Shown here: positions 1 to 8,763 of the stretch, piece by piece
Layout of the letters: each line of letters begins with the position of its first letter
Numbering within the stretch: position 1 is the stretch's first letter
Program-made: the position numbers and the translations under genes
Notes under the pieces: generated by a model
What the model saw: only the letters and a program-made list of their open reading frames with translations
What the model was told of the DNA's origin: nothing
Databases searched by the model: none
NCBI GenBank assembly: GCA_013540605.1
Contig: JABVCK010000007.1
Coordinates: 27,231 to 91,230 of the forward strand
DNA from: Bacillota bacterium
GTDB lineage: Bacteria > Bacillota > Clostridia > Ch29
Reading direction: 5' to 3'
DNA: 64,000 bases

Positions 1-165
1 GCTCTTTCCCAGAAGCTCATAGAACTGCAAAGGGGTCAAATCAACGCCATCCCTGTAAGTTCTATCGCCAAAATTCACAGTAAGCGGAAGAACTTTAATA
101 TCATACTCTTCTATTATTTCCTTTGGTAAATCAGCGGTACTGTCGGTTATGATTGTAACAGACAT
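1..165 (-). CDS. DegV family protein, N-terminal part (gene continues past window start)
   Basis: Own minus-strand translation from the ATG at 165..163 gives MSVTIITDSTADLPKEIIEEYDIKVLPLTVNFGDRTYRDGVDLTPLQFYELLGKS. The N-terminal pattern (I.TDS..DLP ... V.PL.V.F) matches the neighbouring DegV ORF. AAGGAGG RBS just upstream. Confidence 0.8.
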   Translation of the reverse strand, partial: MSVTIITDSTADLPKEIIEEYDIKVLPLTVNFGDRTYRDGVDLTPLQFYELLGKS

Positions 166-198
166 ATTACACCTCCTTACTTAATCAGGTTCCCTTGC

Positions 199-1041
199 CT
201 AATAAATGTACACACCGATAGCTAAGTCAGGACCGGAATATGTGCCTATCACGCTTCCAACGGTCCCCACGATGAATTCACTTACTTTAAATCTGCCTGA
301 GATAGCCTGCTTCAGTTCCTCGACCAGTTCATCGCACCCTACGTAGTTGATACCCAGACTCTTTCCTGCCAGATCAATGTTAAGACTTTCCATGTGATTC
401 ATTATCCATTTTATCATTCTCTTTTTGCCCCTTATCTTGTCAATCATTTTGACTTCCCCGTTGTTAAAGGTAAGAATGGGCATGATGTTCAGAAGATTGC
501 CTACAAGGGCTGTGCCGCTCCCTATCCTGCCCCCTTTCTGGAGATAAGTAAGGGTACCCAGTATTATTACTGTGTGTAGGTTGTCGGATATATATGTAAT
601 CCTGTTCTTTATCTCATCCGCATCCTTACCCTCCCTTGCCATTTTTGCAGCTTCCATGACCATTAAACCAAGGGCAAGGGTTGCCGCCCTGGAGTCAAGA
701 ATGTGTATTTGCTGTAATCCAAGTACATTTTTTGCTATTACTGCAGATTGGTAGGTACCGCTCAGTTTGCTGGAAATAAATATACCGACGATTTCATCGT
801 AATCCTTGGAAAGTTCCTCAAAGATTTCTGTAAACTGCCCTACAGACACCTGGGATGTGGTTGGAAATGTCTTCGAGTTTTTCAGTTTATAAAAAAACGC
901 TTCTGAGGTAATATCGACCCCATCCCTGTAGATTTCCTGTCCGAACCTTACCGTCAAGGGTGCTACAGTAATATCGAGTTCCTTGACAATATCCTGAGGC
1001 AAATCGCAGGTGCTGTCAGTAACTATCTTAATTTTTGGCAT
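199..1041 (-). CDS. DegV family fatty-acid-binding protein
   Basis: 280 aa ORF. MPKIKIVTDSTCDLPQDIVKELDITVAPLTVRFG... is a typical DegV N-terminus and the length fits the family. Confidence 0.88.
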   Translation of the reverse strand: MPKIKIVTDSTCDLPQDIVKELDITVAPLTVRFGQEIYRDGVDITSEAFFYKLKNSKTFPTTSQVSVGQFTEIFEELSKDYDEIVGIFISSKLSGTYQSAVIAKNVLGLQQIHILDSRAATLALGLMVMEAAKMAREGKDADEIKNRITYISDNLHTVIILGTLTYLQKGGRIGSGTALVGNLLNIMPILTFNNGEVKMIDKIRGKKRMIKWIMNHMESLNIDLAGKSLGINYVGCDELVEELKQAISGRFKVSEFIVGTVGSVIGTYSGPDLAIGVYIY

Positions 1042-1122
1042 TGACTGGACCCCCCTTGCAGCAACTTTTACCCCCCAAGTCTTATTTTATATTAATTGGA
1101 TATGCACTTCAATACAAAGGTA

Positions 1123-2727
1123 TTATTTTAACCTGTCCAAAACAGCCAGGGCTATATTTGAACAATGGTCTGCTATCCTTTCCAGGTTGCTGATTACGTC
1201 AAGGAAGATTACCCCCGAACTCGGTATGCACTGGAATTTGTTGAGCCTTCCGATATGTCTCTCCCTAAGCTCTCTTTCCATTCTGTCGACCTCGTCTTCC
1301 CTCTTTCTGACATCCCTGGCGAGGGCAAAGTCCTTCTTTTCCAATGCAGTTATTACGTCATCGACCATGGAGTACACATAATCGATCATGTCTTGGAGTT
1401 CCTTGATAGCCATATCTGAAAAGACCAGGCGATTGTCAAGCCTGTACTGGCCAAGCTCGGCAATATTCTCAGCATGGTCTCCGATCCTTTCTATATCGTT
1501 GATCGTATGAAAAAGTCCTGTTACCAGATTGTTTTCCACCGATGACAGCCCGCTGTTGGCCAAGGAAACCAGAAACTGGGTCAGTTCCCTTTCCATAGCG
1601 TTGACCATCTTTTCCCGATGAAATGAATGGTTTAAAAGTCTCTCATCCTCTTTCATAAATCCATCTGCAGCAAGCTTGAGTGTCTCCTGGGAAGTACGAC
1701 CCATCCTTGCCACTTCCTTCACCGTTTGAACTACAGCTATGCTCGGAGTTTCCAGTATTCTCTGGTCAAGATATTTTAATACCCCGTCCTTTTCTTCTTC
1801 ACCGGGAACCAGCTTCCTTGAGGCTACCACGAGCAGGGACGCAAAGGGAAGCAGTAAAATTGTGTTGGCAATGTTGAAGAACGTATGTGCATTTGCAATC
1901 TGCCTTACCGTATCCCCTCCGAAGTATTGAACTATTTTTACTACAGGTCCCGTTATCCCAATGAAAATAGCAGTTCCTACTATGTTAAATATGAGGTGTA
2001 TCATTGCTGCCCTTCTGGCTGTTATACTTGTACCAATGCTTGATAAAAGCGCCGTCACGCAGGTCCCTATGTTTTGCCCGAACAGGATGGGCAGCGCGAT
2101 GTTAAGCGTTATCAGGTTGTTAACCGCAATGGCCTGTAATAACCCTATTGAAGCGCTGCTGCTCTGTATTATCGCTGTTACAACAAAACCGGCCAGAATG
2201 CCGAGAAACCTGTTCCGGCCGAAGCCTGCCATAAGATCGCTGAAGGCTTGAAGTTCCCTGAGCGGTTTCATGGAAGAAGACATGAGGTGCATACCGATAA
2301 AGAGTATACCGAAACCCGTAAGTATTTCGCCGATTTGGCGGTATCTTTTCTTCGGCGCAAAGAGCAGCAAGGCAACGCCTATAGCAACTACAACCGGCGC
2401 AATATCGGTAAGCTTGAAGGCAACCAATTGGGCTGTAACGGTTGTCCCGATGTTAGCCCCCATGATAACCCCAGTTGCCTGCATAAGGCTCATCAGCCCT
2501 GCGTTTACAAAACCCACAACCATTACTGTCGTAGCACTGCTGCTTTGAATAATAACGGTAATCAATGCTCCTACCATAACACCCATAAGCCTGTTGGTGG
2601 TAAGTATTTCAAGCAATTTTTTCAGCCTGTCTCCCGCTGCCTTCTGTAGGCCTGACCCCATAACGTTCATACCGTAAATGAAAAGCCCAAGTCCTCCAAG
2701 CAGCTCAAAAACCATTTGCGCAGTCAT
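1123..2727 (-). CDS. Na/Pi cotransporter family protein with C-terminal PhoU-like domain
   Basis: 534 aa. The N-terminal half is polytopic membrane with the duplicated QSSSA(T/S) motif of Na/Pi cotransporters. The C-terminal soluble half carries PhoU-like repeats (ERIGDHAENI / ERIADHCSNI). Confidence 0.88.
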   Translation of the reverse strand: MTAQMVFELLGGLGLFIYGMNVMGSGLQKAAGDRLKKLLEILTTNRLMGVMVGALITVIIQSSSATTVMVVGFVNAGLMSLMQATGVIMGANIGTTVTAQLVAFKLTDIAPVVVAIGVALLLFAPKKRYRQIGEILTGFGILFIGMHLMSSSMKPLRELQAFSDLMAGFGRNRFLGILAGFVVTAIIQSSSASIGLLQAIAVNNLITLNIALPILFGQNIGTCVTALLSSIGTSITARRAAMIHLIFNIVGTAIFIGITGPVVKIVQYFGGDTVRQIANAHTFFNIANTILLLPFASLLVVASRKLVPGEEEKDGVLKYLDQRILETPSIAVVQTVKEVARMGRTSQETLKLAADGFMKEDERLLNHSFHREKMVNAMERELTQFLVSLANSGLSSVENNLVTGLFHTINDIERIGDHAENIAELGQYRLDNRLVFSDMAIKELQDMIDYVYSMVDDVITALEKKDFALARDVRKREDEVDRMERELRERHIGRLNKFQCIPSSGVIFLDVISNLERIADHCSNIALAVLDRLK

Positions 2728-2807
2728 AGTCTACCCCCTAAAAACATAAAGTTTTACTTCTGCACCAATTAATATAATAAACTATTTTGGGACAGCTTAT
2801 GTTAAAT

Positions 2808-3290
2808 CTATGTTAATTTTGTTAAATTTCCTTTAATCGCAACCTGCCTCAAGGCTTCATAAACAATTATGGCCACAGAGTTGGAAAGGTTGAGAGAGCG
2901 GGCTGCGGTATTTTCCACCATGGGTATTCTTATACAGTAATCTCTGTTGGCGTCGATAATCTCCTTGGGCAGTCCGGCGGTTTCCTTCCCGAACACCAGA
3001 AAGTCACCCTCTTTATAGGCTGGTTCGGTATACAACCGCTTGCCCTTTGTTGTGGCAAAATAGTACGTTGCCTCGTTATACATCTCCTTTAACGATTGAA
3101 AACTGTCATAATACCTTATATCCACAAGATGCCAGTAATCAAGCCCTGCCCTTTTCAGGTGTTTGTCATCTGTAGAAAAACCCAAAGGCTTAACCAGGTG
3201 CAGGGTGGAACCGGTGGCGGCACAGGTCCTTACGATGTTGCCGGTGTTTTGTGGTATTTCCGGCTCAACCAGCACGATATTAAAACTCAT
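2808..3290 (-). CDS. trmL: tRNA (cytidine/uridine-2'-O)-methyltransferase TrmL (SpoU/TrmH family)
   Basis: 160 aa. IVLVEPEIPQNTGNIVRTCAATG ... LNLSNSVAIIVYEA are SPOUT motifs. Size is typical of TrmL. Confidence 0.85.
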   Translation of the reverse strand: MSFNIVLVEPEIPQNTGNIVRTCAATGSTLHLVKPLGFSTDDKHLKRAGLDYWHLVDIRYYDSFQSLKEMYNEATYYFATTKGKRLYTEPAYKEGDFLVFGKETAGLPKEIIDANRDYCIRIPMVENTAARSLNLSNSVAIIVYEALRQVAIKGNLTKLT

Positions 3291-4461
3291 TGCGAAACCT
3301 CCTTGTTCGTTTCTTGCGCCGGTGTATTGCCCTCAGCAGCCATGGGCGGTATATCTTCACCGACCCGTGAAAGCACAGCTCCTGACAGCAAAAGCACCTT
3401 ATGCACTTATCCAGGTCTACCCTGGGTTTGTTGTCCTGCATGGTTATTGCCCCGGGCGGGCAGACCCTGTAACAGTCACCGCACGCAGCGCAGGATTCCA
3501 GATCAAAAACCGGTTCAGGCTTTACCATCCTATTTATCATATCTACGATAAACCGCGGATATTTGCCTTCTATAAAGGATGCATTGACAATAGCCGGTGT
3601 GTTAAACCTCTTTATCGCCAAACCGCCCATGCCGTCGCCCAATAGCTGGATGTTGTTCATATCCCCGGTGAACAATCCCCTATGTCTGGCTTTGATTATG
3701 GTCGGAACATCGTTTGGATCAATGCCTATCAGGCTTACGGCTGCAAAATCAAGCGCAAAGGGGTTTTCGGATGCCAGGATAATGCCCGAATTCACCAGCC
3801 GGCCAGATGAAGGTCCTTCCCCTTCCATACCCACAACCCCATCGATTATTGAGAGCTTTGGTTTTATATAGGTGCATACATCCACCAGCATGTTTGCAAA
3901 ATCTCCGGTATCAGGCATGTTGAAATGATACTCGGCCTTGAGGATTCCCGGGATAACCCCAAACAGGTTTTTCACTGCACCGGTGAACAACATCATGCCA
4001 TGTGTCTTAAGCTTGGCAAAGGATATGACTACATCTGCTTTCTCCACACAGTTCATCACGGTCAGGTTTTTTATAACGGAACCCTGTGGATGGGATACTT
4101 CCCTGATATCCGTGTCATAGTTGAGCACTGCCCCCGTCGTTTTAGCCACATCTTCCATCCCCGTTGCCCTATATACAGCTCGCAGCGCAGTCTGATTGTA
4201 CGGACCCCCGGGGCTGTCCCCTATGATCGGTACGCCCCCGGCTTCAAGGACCTCCCTGCATAGAGCTTCGACAAGGGAAGGATGGGTTGTCACACCATCC
4301 CCGGGCTTTTTCCGCATCACAAGATTGGCCTTTACGAGAACCTTATCCCCGTTTTTCACAAACTTATGTATTCCTCCGAGGTTGTTCAATGAAGCATGCA
4401 TAGCTTTAGCAGCGTTTTGTCTTTCGTAGTTTTCGCATTTCACCACTGATACTCTATACAC
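3280..4461 (-). CDS. DUF362 domain protein with C-terminal 2x[4Fe-4S] ferredoxin motifs
   Basis: 393 aa. N-terminus VSVVKCENYE...GDKVLVKANL is DUF362-like. C-terminus has CAACGDCYRVCP and CIRCFCCQELC cluster motifs. Overlaps the trmL start by 11 nt. Confidence 0.75.
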   Translation of the reverse strand: MYRVSVVKCENYERQNAAKAMHASLNNLGGIHKFVKNGDKVLVKANLVMRKKPGDGVTTHPSLVEALCREVLEAGGVPIIGDSPGGPYNQTALRAVYRATGMEDVAKTTGAVLNYDTDIREVSHPQGSVIKNLTVMNCVEKADVVISFAKLKTHGMMLFTGAVKNLFGVIPGILKAEYHFNMPDTGDFANMLVDVCTYIKPKLSIIDGVVGMEGEGPSSGRLVNSGIILASENPFALDFAAVSLIGIDPNDVPTIIKARHRGLFTGDMNNIQLLGDGMGGLAIKRFNTPAIVNASFIEGKYPRFIVDMINRMVKPEPVFDLESCAACGDCYRVCPPGAITMQDNKPRVDLDKCIRCFCCQELCFHGSVKIYRPWLLRAIHRRKKRTRRFRNEF

Positions 4462-4649
4462 GGCTATTCCCCTTCAGTTATTTTTGGTGAACTTCTAATA
4501 CTTTTTCTTTGATGCTACTTGTTATCATTTTCCGCGGTTTTGCGTTAAATATCCTCAGAATCATTTTACTATTTTGTTATTAAATTGACAAAAGGCCGAT
4601 AATGGTATATATTGTAGTTAGCCTGTATACAATTTGGGGTGGTGTTGTC

Positions 4650-5060
4650 ATGGAACTGGATGTCTTGTTAAGGGAAAGGGGTTACAAAGTTACCCCTCAG
4701 AGGCTTGCTATCTATGAGGTGCTTCAGAGTTGTAACATGCACCCTACCGCTGAGAACATATACAGAATTATTTCCAGCGATTATCCCACAATGAGTTTGG
4801 CAACGGTATACAAAACATTGGACCTGCTTAAGGAAGCCCATATTATTCAGGAAATCAACATTGGAGGAAATATCTCCAGGTACGACGCAATGACTCAACC
4901 TCATCCCCATATTATTTGTGTAAAATGTAACAAAGTAGAAGACCTAGATATGCAGATAACCAAAAGCCTCATAAATAAGGCAAAAAAGATTACGGATTAC
5001 AGGATCCAGAACTCTCAGGTATATTTCTACGGATTGTGTCCCTATTGTCAAAGCACCTAA
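4650..5060 (+). CDS. Fur family transcriptional regulator (Fur/PerR/Zur type)
   Basis: The ORF track starts at 4602. The ATG at 4650 follows a GGGGTGG RBS. RGYKVTPQRLAIYEVL is a winged-helix segment, followed by the HPHIIC..C ... CPYC metal sites. Confidence 0.85.
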   Translation: MELDVLLRERGYKVTPQRLAIYEVLQSCNMHPTAENIYRIISSDYPTMSLATVYKTLDLLKEAHIIQEINIGGNISRYDAMTQPHPHIICVKCNKVEDLDMQITKSLINKAKKITDYRIQNSQVYFYGLCPYCQST

Positions 5061-5076
5061 ACCAAGGTGCTTTTTT
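5051..5076 (+). terminator. Rho-independent terminator of the Fur-family gene
   Basis: AAGCACC(taaacca)GGTGCTT followed by TTTTTT. It overlaps the stop codon. Confidence 0.7.
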
Positions 5077-5087
5077 GATTATACAAA

Positions 5088-5116
5088 ATATAGACGGCCT
5101 GTGCCGTCTATATTTT
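5088..5116. terminator. Bidirectional hairpin terminator between convergent genes
   Basis: AATATAGACGGC(ctgt)GCCGTCTATATT is a 12-bp stem flanked by an A-run on one side and a T-run on the other. Confidence 0.65.
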
Positions 5117-5321
5117 AGCTCTTATGCTGCAAGCGGATGACTAGCTTATCTAGACATCTGTAGGCATCAATAATCTTGATTCCTAGATCTACTGTCTCTA
5201 CCCCATACTGCTCTATTAGGCGGTTTATTTCTTCTTCATGTCCGCTATTTATCTTGTGAAGAAGCTCATGACCCGAAATCCTGTTTTCTATTCGGGTCAG
5301 CACCTGGTGAATTGCTGCCAT
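5115..5321 (-). CDS. Hypothetical small protein (68 aa)
   Basis: The ORF track gives 5115..5384. The ATG at 5321 follows a GAGGAAGGTG RBS. The sequence MAAIHQVLTRIENRISGHELLHK... is not recognised. Confidence 0.5.
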   Translation of the reverse strand: MAAIHQVLTRIENRISGHELLHKINSGHEEEINRLIEQYGVETVDLGIKIIDAYRCLDKLVIRLQHKS

Positions 5322-5572
5322 AAAATCACCTTCCTCAGCCACACTTATCACCTCAATAAGCAGTATCAGCTTTAATTTAATCAAGCTCCGCTTCGCTATT
5401 CATACTCAGCTTGATTATGGAATAATTCTCCAAAGAATTCAAATACCCTTCCTGCTTTGCCCAGTTTGTTAAAAATAATTTCCGGTCTACCGTTCATTTA
5501 CGTGATAGGACAAGCCGTAATAATATCCCCAACGGTGGATAAGCTGTCTGCAAATTGGCTTAATCGGTACCG

Positions 5573-6184
5573 TTAATCCCTTTCGAGATGGGATATATCG
5601 TTGAACAATGACATTACCGGAAACCCGTCAAATACTTTTATTACCGTAACACTGCAGTTTGATATTTGATAGCTCCAATGGCTTTCAATTCCCTTGCCCA
5701 CAAGGTGTGATACCATAGTCCTTATTGCACCTGCGTGACTTACAATTAAAAATCGTCCGCTCCTATTCTCTCTGATTACTCTGTCGAGCCAGGAGTTTAT
5801 TCTCTCATAAGCGATCTCAAGGCTCTCGCCACCCGGTACGGCATAGTTCCTCCAGTCGCTTCGCCACTCTTTCATATATCCGGGGTAAAGTTCTTCCAGT
5901 TGTATACGGCTCATGTTTTCCCACTCGCCAAAATGTATTTCTTTTATGTTATCCACTTTGATTATTTCAAGACCATGAAACCTGTTGATTATTGTCGCTG
6001 TCCTGAGTGCCCTTAAAAGAGGACTGCTGTATATCCTGTCAAACTCCTCCCCCCTCAACCTTAGCGCAAGTCTTTCAGCCTGTTGAACACCTTTCCGGTC
6101 AAGTTGGGTATCAGTCCAGCCCTGATAAAGCATCTGCTGATTACCTTTTGTTTCCCCGTGCCTTACTATAGTGAGTTCAAGCAC
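5573..6184 (-). CDS. cobC: Histidine phosphatase family protein, probable alpha-ribazole phosphatase
   Basis: 203 aa. RHGETKGN catalytic motif, GTG start after a GAGGTGG RBS, and position directly downstream of cobU-cobO-cobS. Confidence 0.8.
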   Translation of the reverse strand: MLELTIVRHGETKGNQQMLYQGWTDTQLDRKGVQQAERLALRLRGEEFDRIYSSPLLRALRTATIINRFHGLEIIKVDNIKEIHFGEWENMSRIQLEELYPGYMKEWRSDWRNYAVPGGESLEIAYERINSWLDRVIRENRSGRFLIVSHAGAIRTMVSHLVGKGIESHWSYQISNCSVTVIKVFDGFPVMSLFNDISHLERD

Positions 6185-6203
6185 TAGTTTCCACCTCTCT
6201 TGG

Positions 6204-6385
6204 TAGTTCGTAGTTGGTAGTTCGTAGTTCGTAGTTCACAGATCGCAGATCACAGTTTGCAGATCCTAGATCCTAGATCTTAGATCTTAGGTGCTAGTCA
6301 CTAATCACTGGCCACTAGTTACTGATTTCTGAAGTCTGACGTCTGTCATCTGGTCACTGATCACTGACCACTGATCACTGTACTG
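6204..6385. repeat. Heptad array A: 25-26 consecutive 7-nt units in perfect register
   Basis: Units counted by hand: TAGTTCG TAGTTGG TAGTTCG TAGTTCG TAGTTCA CAGATCG CAGATCA CAGTTTG CAGATCC TAGATCC TAGATCT TAGATCT TAGGTGC TAGTCAC TAATCAC TGGCCAC TAGTTAC TGATTTC TGAAGTC TGACGTC TGTCATC TGGTCAC TGATCAC TGACCAC TGATCAC. Confidence 0.95.
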
Positions 6386-7116
6386 AGAACCGCAAAAACT
6401 GTCAGGAACAGCACCGAGCATATTTCCCCAACAGCCCCCAGCGTATCTCCTGTCATCCCCCCTATTTTCCTGTCAAACAACCGGATATAGCCAAGAACAG
6501 CAGCAGTAGCCGCAGCGATGGATATTACCGTGCATAACGCTCCCGTTAAATAGTAAAGTATCATACCGGTCAGGGCCCCGGAAAAAAGCGCATCCTTCCA
6601 TCCCACACCCTTTATAAAGAGGCTCCCCAGACCGTCTTCCCTCGCGTTTTTGGAAAATGACGCCCCTAGAACCATGGAAAGTCTGGACAGCACGGGCATG
6701 GCCAGAACAGCCACCGGATTATTTATCGCCCTTATCAGGGACACCTTTAGCAGCAGGACTCCCGTTATGGCAAGGACGCCATGGGTACCTAAGCGGCTGT
6801 CCTTCATTACGGCTATCATCTCGTCCCCGTTTTTATTACTGAAAAGGCCGTCGAAGGTATCCCCAAGGCCATCCTGGTGCAGCCCGCCGGTGATCACGGT
6901 TTCCAGCAACACGGCAGCAACCGCTGCAACCAGGGTGTCAAATGCGGACAGCATCCTATAGGACGCCCAAAGGATTAGACCTATCACTGCCCCAACAATG
7001 GGAAACAGCTTCATCCCTTTCTGAAAGTCTGAGTCTTCTACCTGCAGTTGAATTGGTATGGGTAGAATCGTAGTAAACTGGAGCATTAACAGCAGCCTTT
7101 TCATCTCACCACTCAA
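6361..7116 (-). CDS. cobS: Adenosylcobinamide-GDP ribazoletransferase (cobalamin synthase)
   Basis: 251 aa polytopic membrane protein. LQFTTILPIP ... HQDGLGDTFDG are CobS motifs. The start is ambiguous (TTG at 7116 or ATG at 7104). The last 7 codons and the stop lie inside heptad array A. Confidence 0.88.
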   Translation of the reverse strand: MSGEMKRLLLMLQFTTILPIPIQLQVEDSDFQKGMKLFPIVGAVIGLILWASYRMLSAFDTLVAAVAAVLLETVITGGLHQDGLGDTFDGLFSNKNGDEMIAVMKDSRLGTHGVLAITGVLLLKVSLIRAINNPVAVLAMPVLSRLSMVLGASFSKNAREDGLGSLFIKGVGWKDALFSGALTGMILYYLTGALCTVISIAAATAAVLGYIRLFDRKIGGMTGDTLGAVGEICSVLFLTVFAVLSTVISGQ

Positions 7117-7651
7117 TTCCTTCTCTCGCTGCTATACCCTGTTCAAAGGGATGCTTGACCATCTTCATCTCTGTCACAAGGTCAGCAATCTCTCTAATCG
7201 TGTCCGGAACATTCCGTCCGGTCAGTATAATTTCCATATTAGGAGGTTTTTCCTTCAGAAATTGGCATACTTCTTCCTCGGTTAACAATCCGTTATGCAG
7301 TACACCCATAATCTCATCAAGTATCAGTATATTGCAGTGCTCCTCACTGCATACTTTTTTTGCAAAATCGAAGGCATCCCTTATCTCTCTTCGCAGCTCT
7401 TCTTTCTCCTTATCATTAAGCGTCCAGAAAAATCCTCTATTCTTTTCAAATCGAAAAATCTGAAACCACGGCTCCAATTTCTTCACGCTTATCAGTTCCC
7501 CTGAATCTCCGCCCTTGAGAAACTGAACCATATAAACGGTATAACCATTGCCCACAGCCCTTAAGGCCTGCCCTAATGCTGCGGTGGTTTTACCCTTTCC
7601 ATCGCCGGTATAAATCTGTATCAAACCCTTATCAAGCTTCTTTTCTAGCAT
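7106..7651 (-). CDS. cobO: Cob(I)yrinic acid a,c-diamide adenosyltransferase
   Basis: IQIYTGDGKGKTTAALG P-loop and YMVQFLKG motif. The ATG at 7651 lies 9 nt after AGGAGG (the ORF track starts at 7657). Confidence 0.88.
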   Translation of the reverse strand: MLEKKLDKGLIQIYTGDGKGKTTAALGQALRAVGNGYTVYMVQFLKGGDSGELISVKKLEPWFQIFRFEKNRGFFWTLNDKEKEELRREIRDAFDFAKKVCSEEHCNILILDEIMGVLHNGLLTEEEVCQFLKEKPPNMEIILTGRNVPDTIREIADLVTEMKMVKHPFEQGIAAREGIEW

Positions 7652-7675
7652 CTGCACACACCTCCTGTTAAGGCC

Positions 7676-8233
7676 CTATTTTAGTCTGACAGGAATCCCC
7701 GACACCACCATAAAAACCCTGTCAGCATCGGCAGCAACGAGTTGATTAGCCCGTCCGGCGATATCCCTGAATATTCTGCCCAACGGATTATCGGGAACCA
7801 GCCCCATGCCAACCTCATTCGATACCACCATTCCCAGATTCGACCATGTCCTTATCCCCTTCAACGTCTCGGTTACCTCTCTCATTACCGCTTTCTCAAA
7901 CGCGTCTATCCGTTTTCTGTCCCACTTCTCAGGGTCCTCGCCCGTATCCATAAGGAGGTTGGTAACCATGACCGTAAGGCAGTCCAGAAGAATCCCATGA
8001 TACCTTTCCCCGTCGCTGTCAAGTTTCGCCTTTATCGACCTGTAGGCTTCAAGGGTCTGCCAGAATGACGGACGGCTTTCCCGGTGGCGCTTTATCCTTT
8101 CCTTCATCTCTTCATCTATCGGCAGCGCAGATGCAATATACAGGATTTTGTGACCCTGTTCCATGGCCAGTCTCTGGGCATAGGTGCTTTTCCCGCTCCG
8201 GGCGCCGCCGGTTATAAAAATCAGTTCTCCCAT
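7676..8233 (-). CDS. cobU: Bifunctional adenosylcobinamide kinase / adenosylcobinamide-phosphate guanylyltransferase
   Basis: 185 aa. LIFITGGARSGKS P-loop, with length and context typical of CobU/CobP. Confidence 0.88.
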   Translation of the reverse strand: MGELIFITGGARSGKSTYAQRLAMEQGHKILYIASALPIDEEMKERIKRHRESRPSFWQTLEAYRSIKAKLDSDGERYHGILLDCLTVMVTNLLMDTGEDPEKWDRKRIDAFEKAVMREVTETLKGIRTWSNLGMVVSNEVGMGLVPDNPLGRIFRDIAGRANQLVAADADRVFMVVSGIPVRLK

Positions 8234-8763
8234 CCTTCTACCTTCCCTTTTGCGATCGTTACGCCTTCCAACTCCAAAAGCCTCCTTTTTATGTCAATCC
8301 CCCCGCCATAGCCTACAAGACTTCCGTCACTTCCGATCACCCTATGACAGGGTACTATAATAGGCACGGGATTCCTGTTATTGGCCTGGCCTACCGCCCG
8401 GACCGCTCGGGGGGCTCCTGTTGCGGCTGCTATATCCTTATAGGTTGCCGTTCTCCCATAGGGTATTTGCAGCAGTGCCTGCCAGACGCGGCGCTGAAAG
8501 GCTGTGCCTTTAAGGTCAAGCCCAACCGAAAAGTGGCTCCTCCGGCCCGCCAGGTATTCTGTGATCTGTCTTTCTATGTCTCTGGCTGTATCATCGCAGG
8601 CTTCTTCCAAAGTATACCCTCTGAAAAACCTGTCGGCCCAGCGGGCCAATCCTTCTTCCGTTTCCTTTGGCAGGGACAGCCGGCACAGCCCCTTTCCGGT
8701 ATATGCTGCCGTCATACTGCCTATGGCGGTTTCGAAAGAATAGCACTTCAAAACATTACCCAT
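8221..8763 (-). CDS. ogt: Methylated-DNA--protein-cysteine methyltransferase
   Basis: PCHRV active site with GYGGG downstream. Start chosen at the internal ATG 8763 (MGNVLKCYSF...). It overlaps the upstream DUF2225 stop by 8 nt and the cobU start by 13 nt. Confidence 0.85.
   Translation of the reverse strand: MGNVLKCYSFETAIGSMTAAYTGKGLCRLSLPKETEEGLARWADRFFRGYTLEEACDDTARDIERQITEYLAGRRSHFSVGLDLKGTAFQRRVWQALLQIPYGRTATYKDIAAATGAPRAVRAVGQANNRNPVPIIVPCHRVIGSDGSLVGYGGGIDIKRRLLELEGVTIAKGKVEGWEN

Noticed and set aside
4590-4649. The inverted repeat ATTGTA(n11)TACAAT overlapping the putative promoter of the Fur-family gene, as a possible Fur/PerR box.
   Set aside because: It is only a 6-bp arm palindrome in AT-rich DNA. 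It does not clearly match the 7-1-7 Fur/PerR box that I know.
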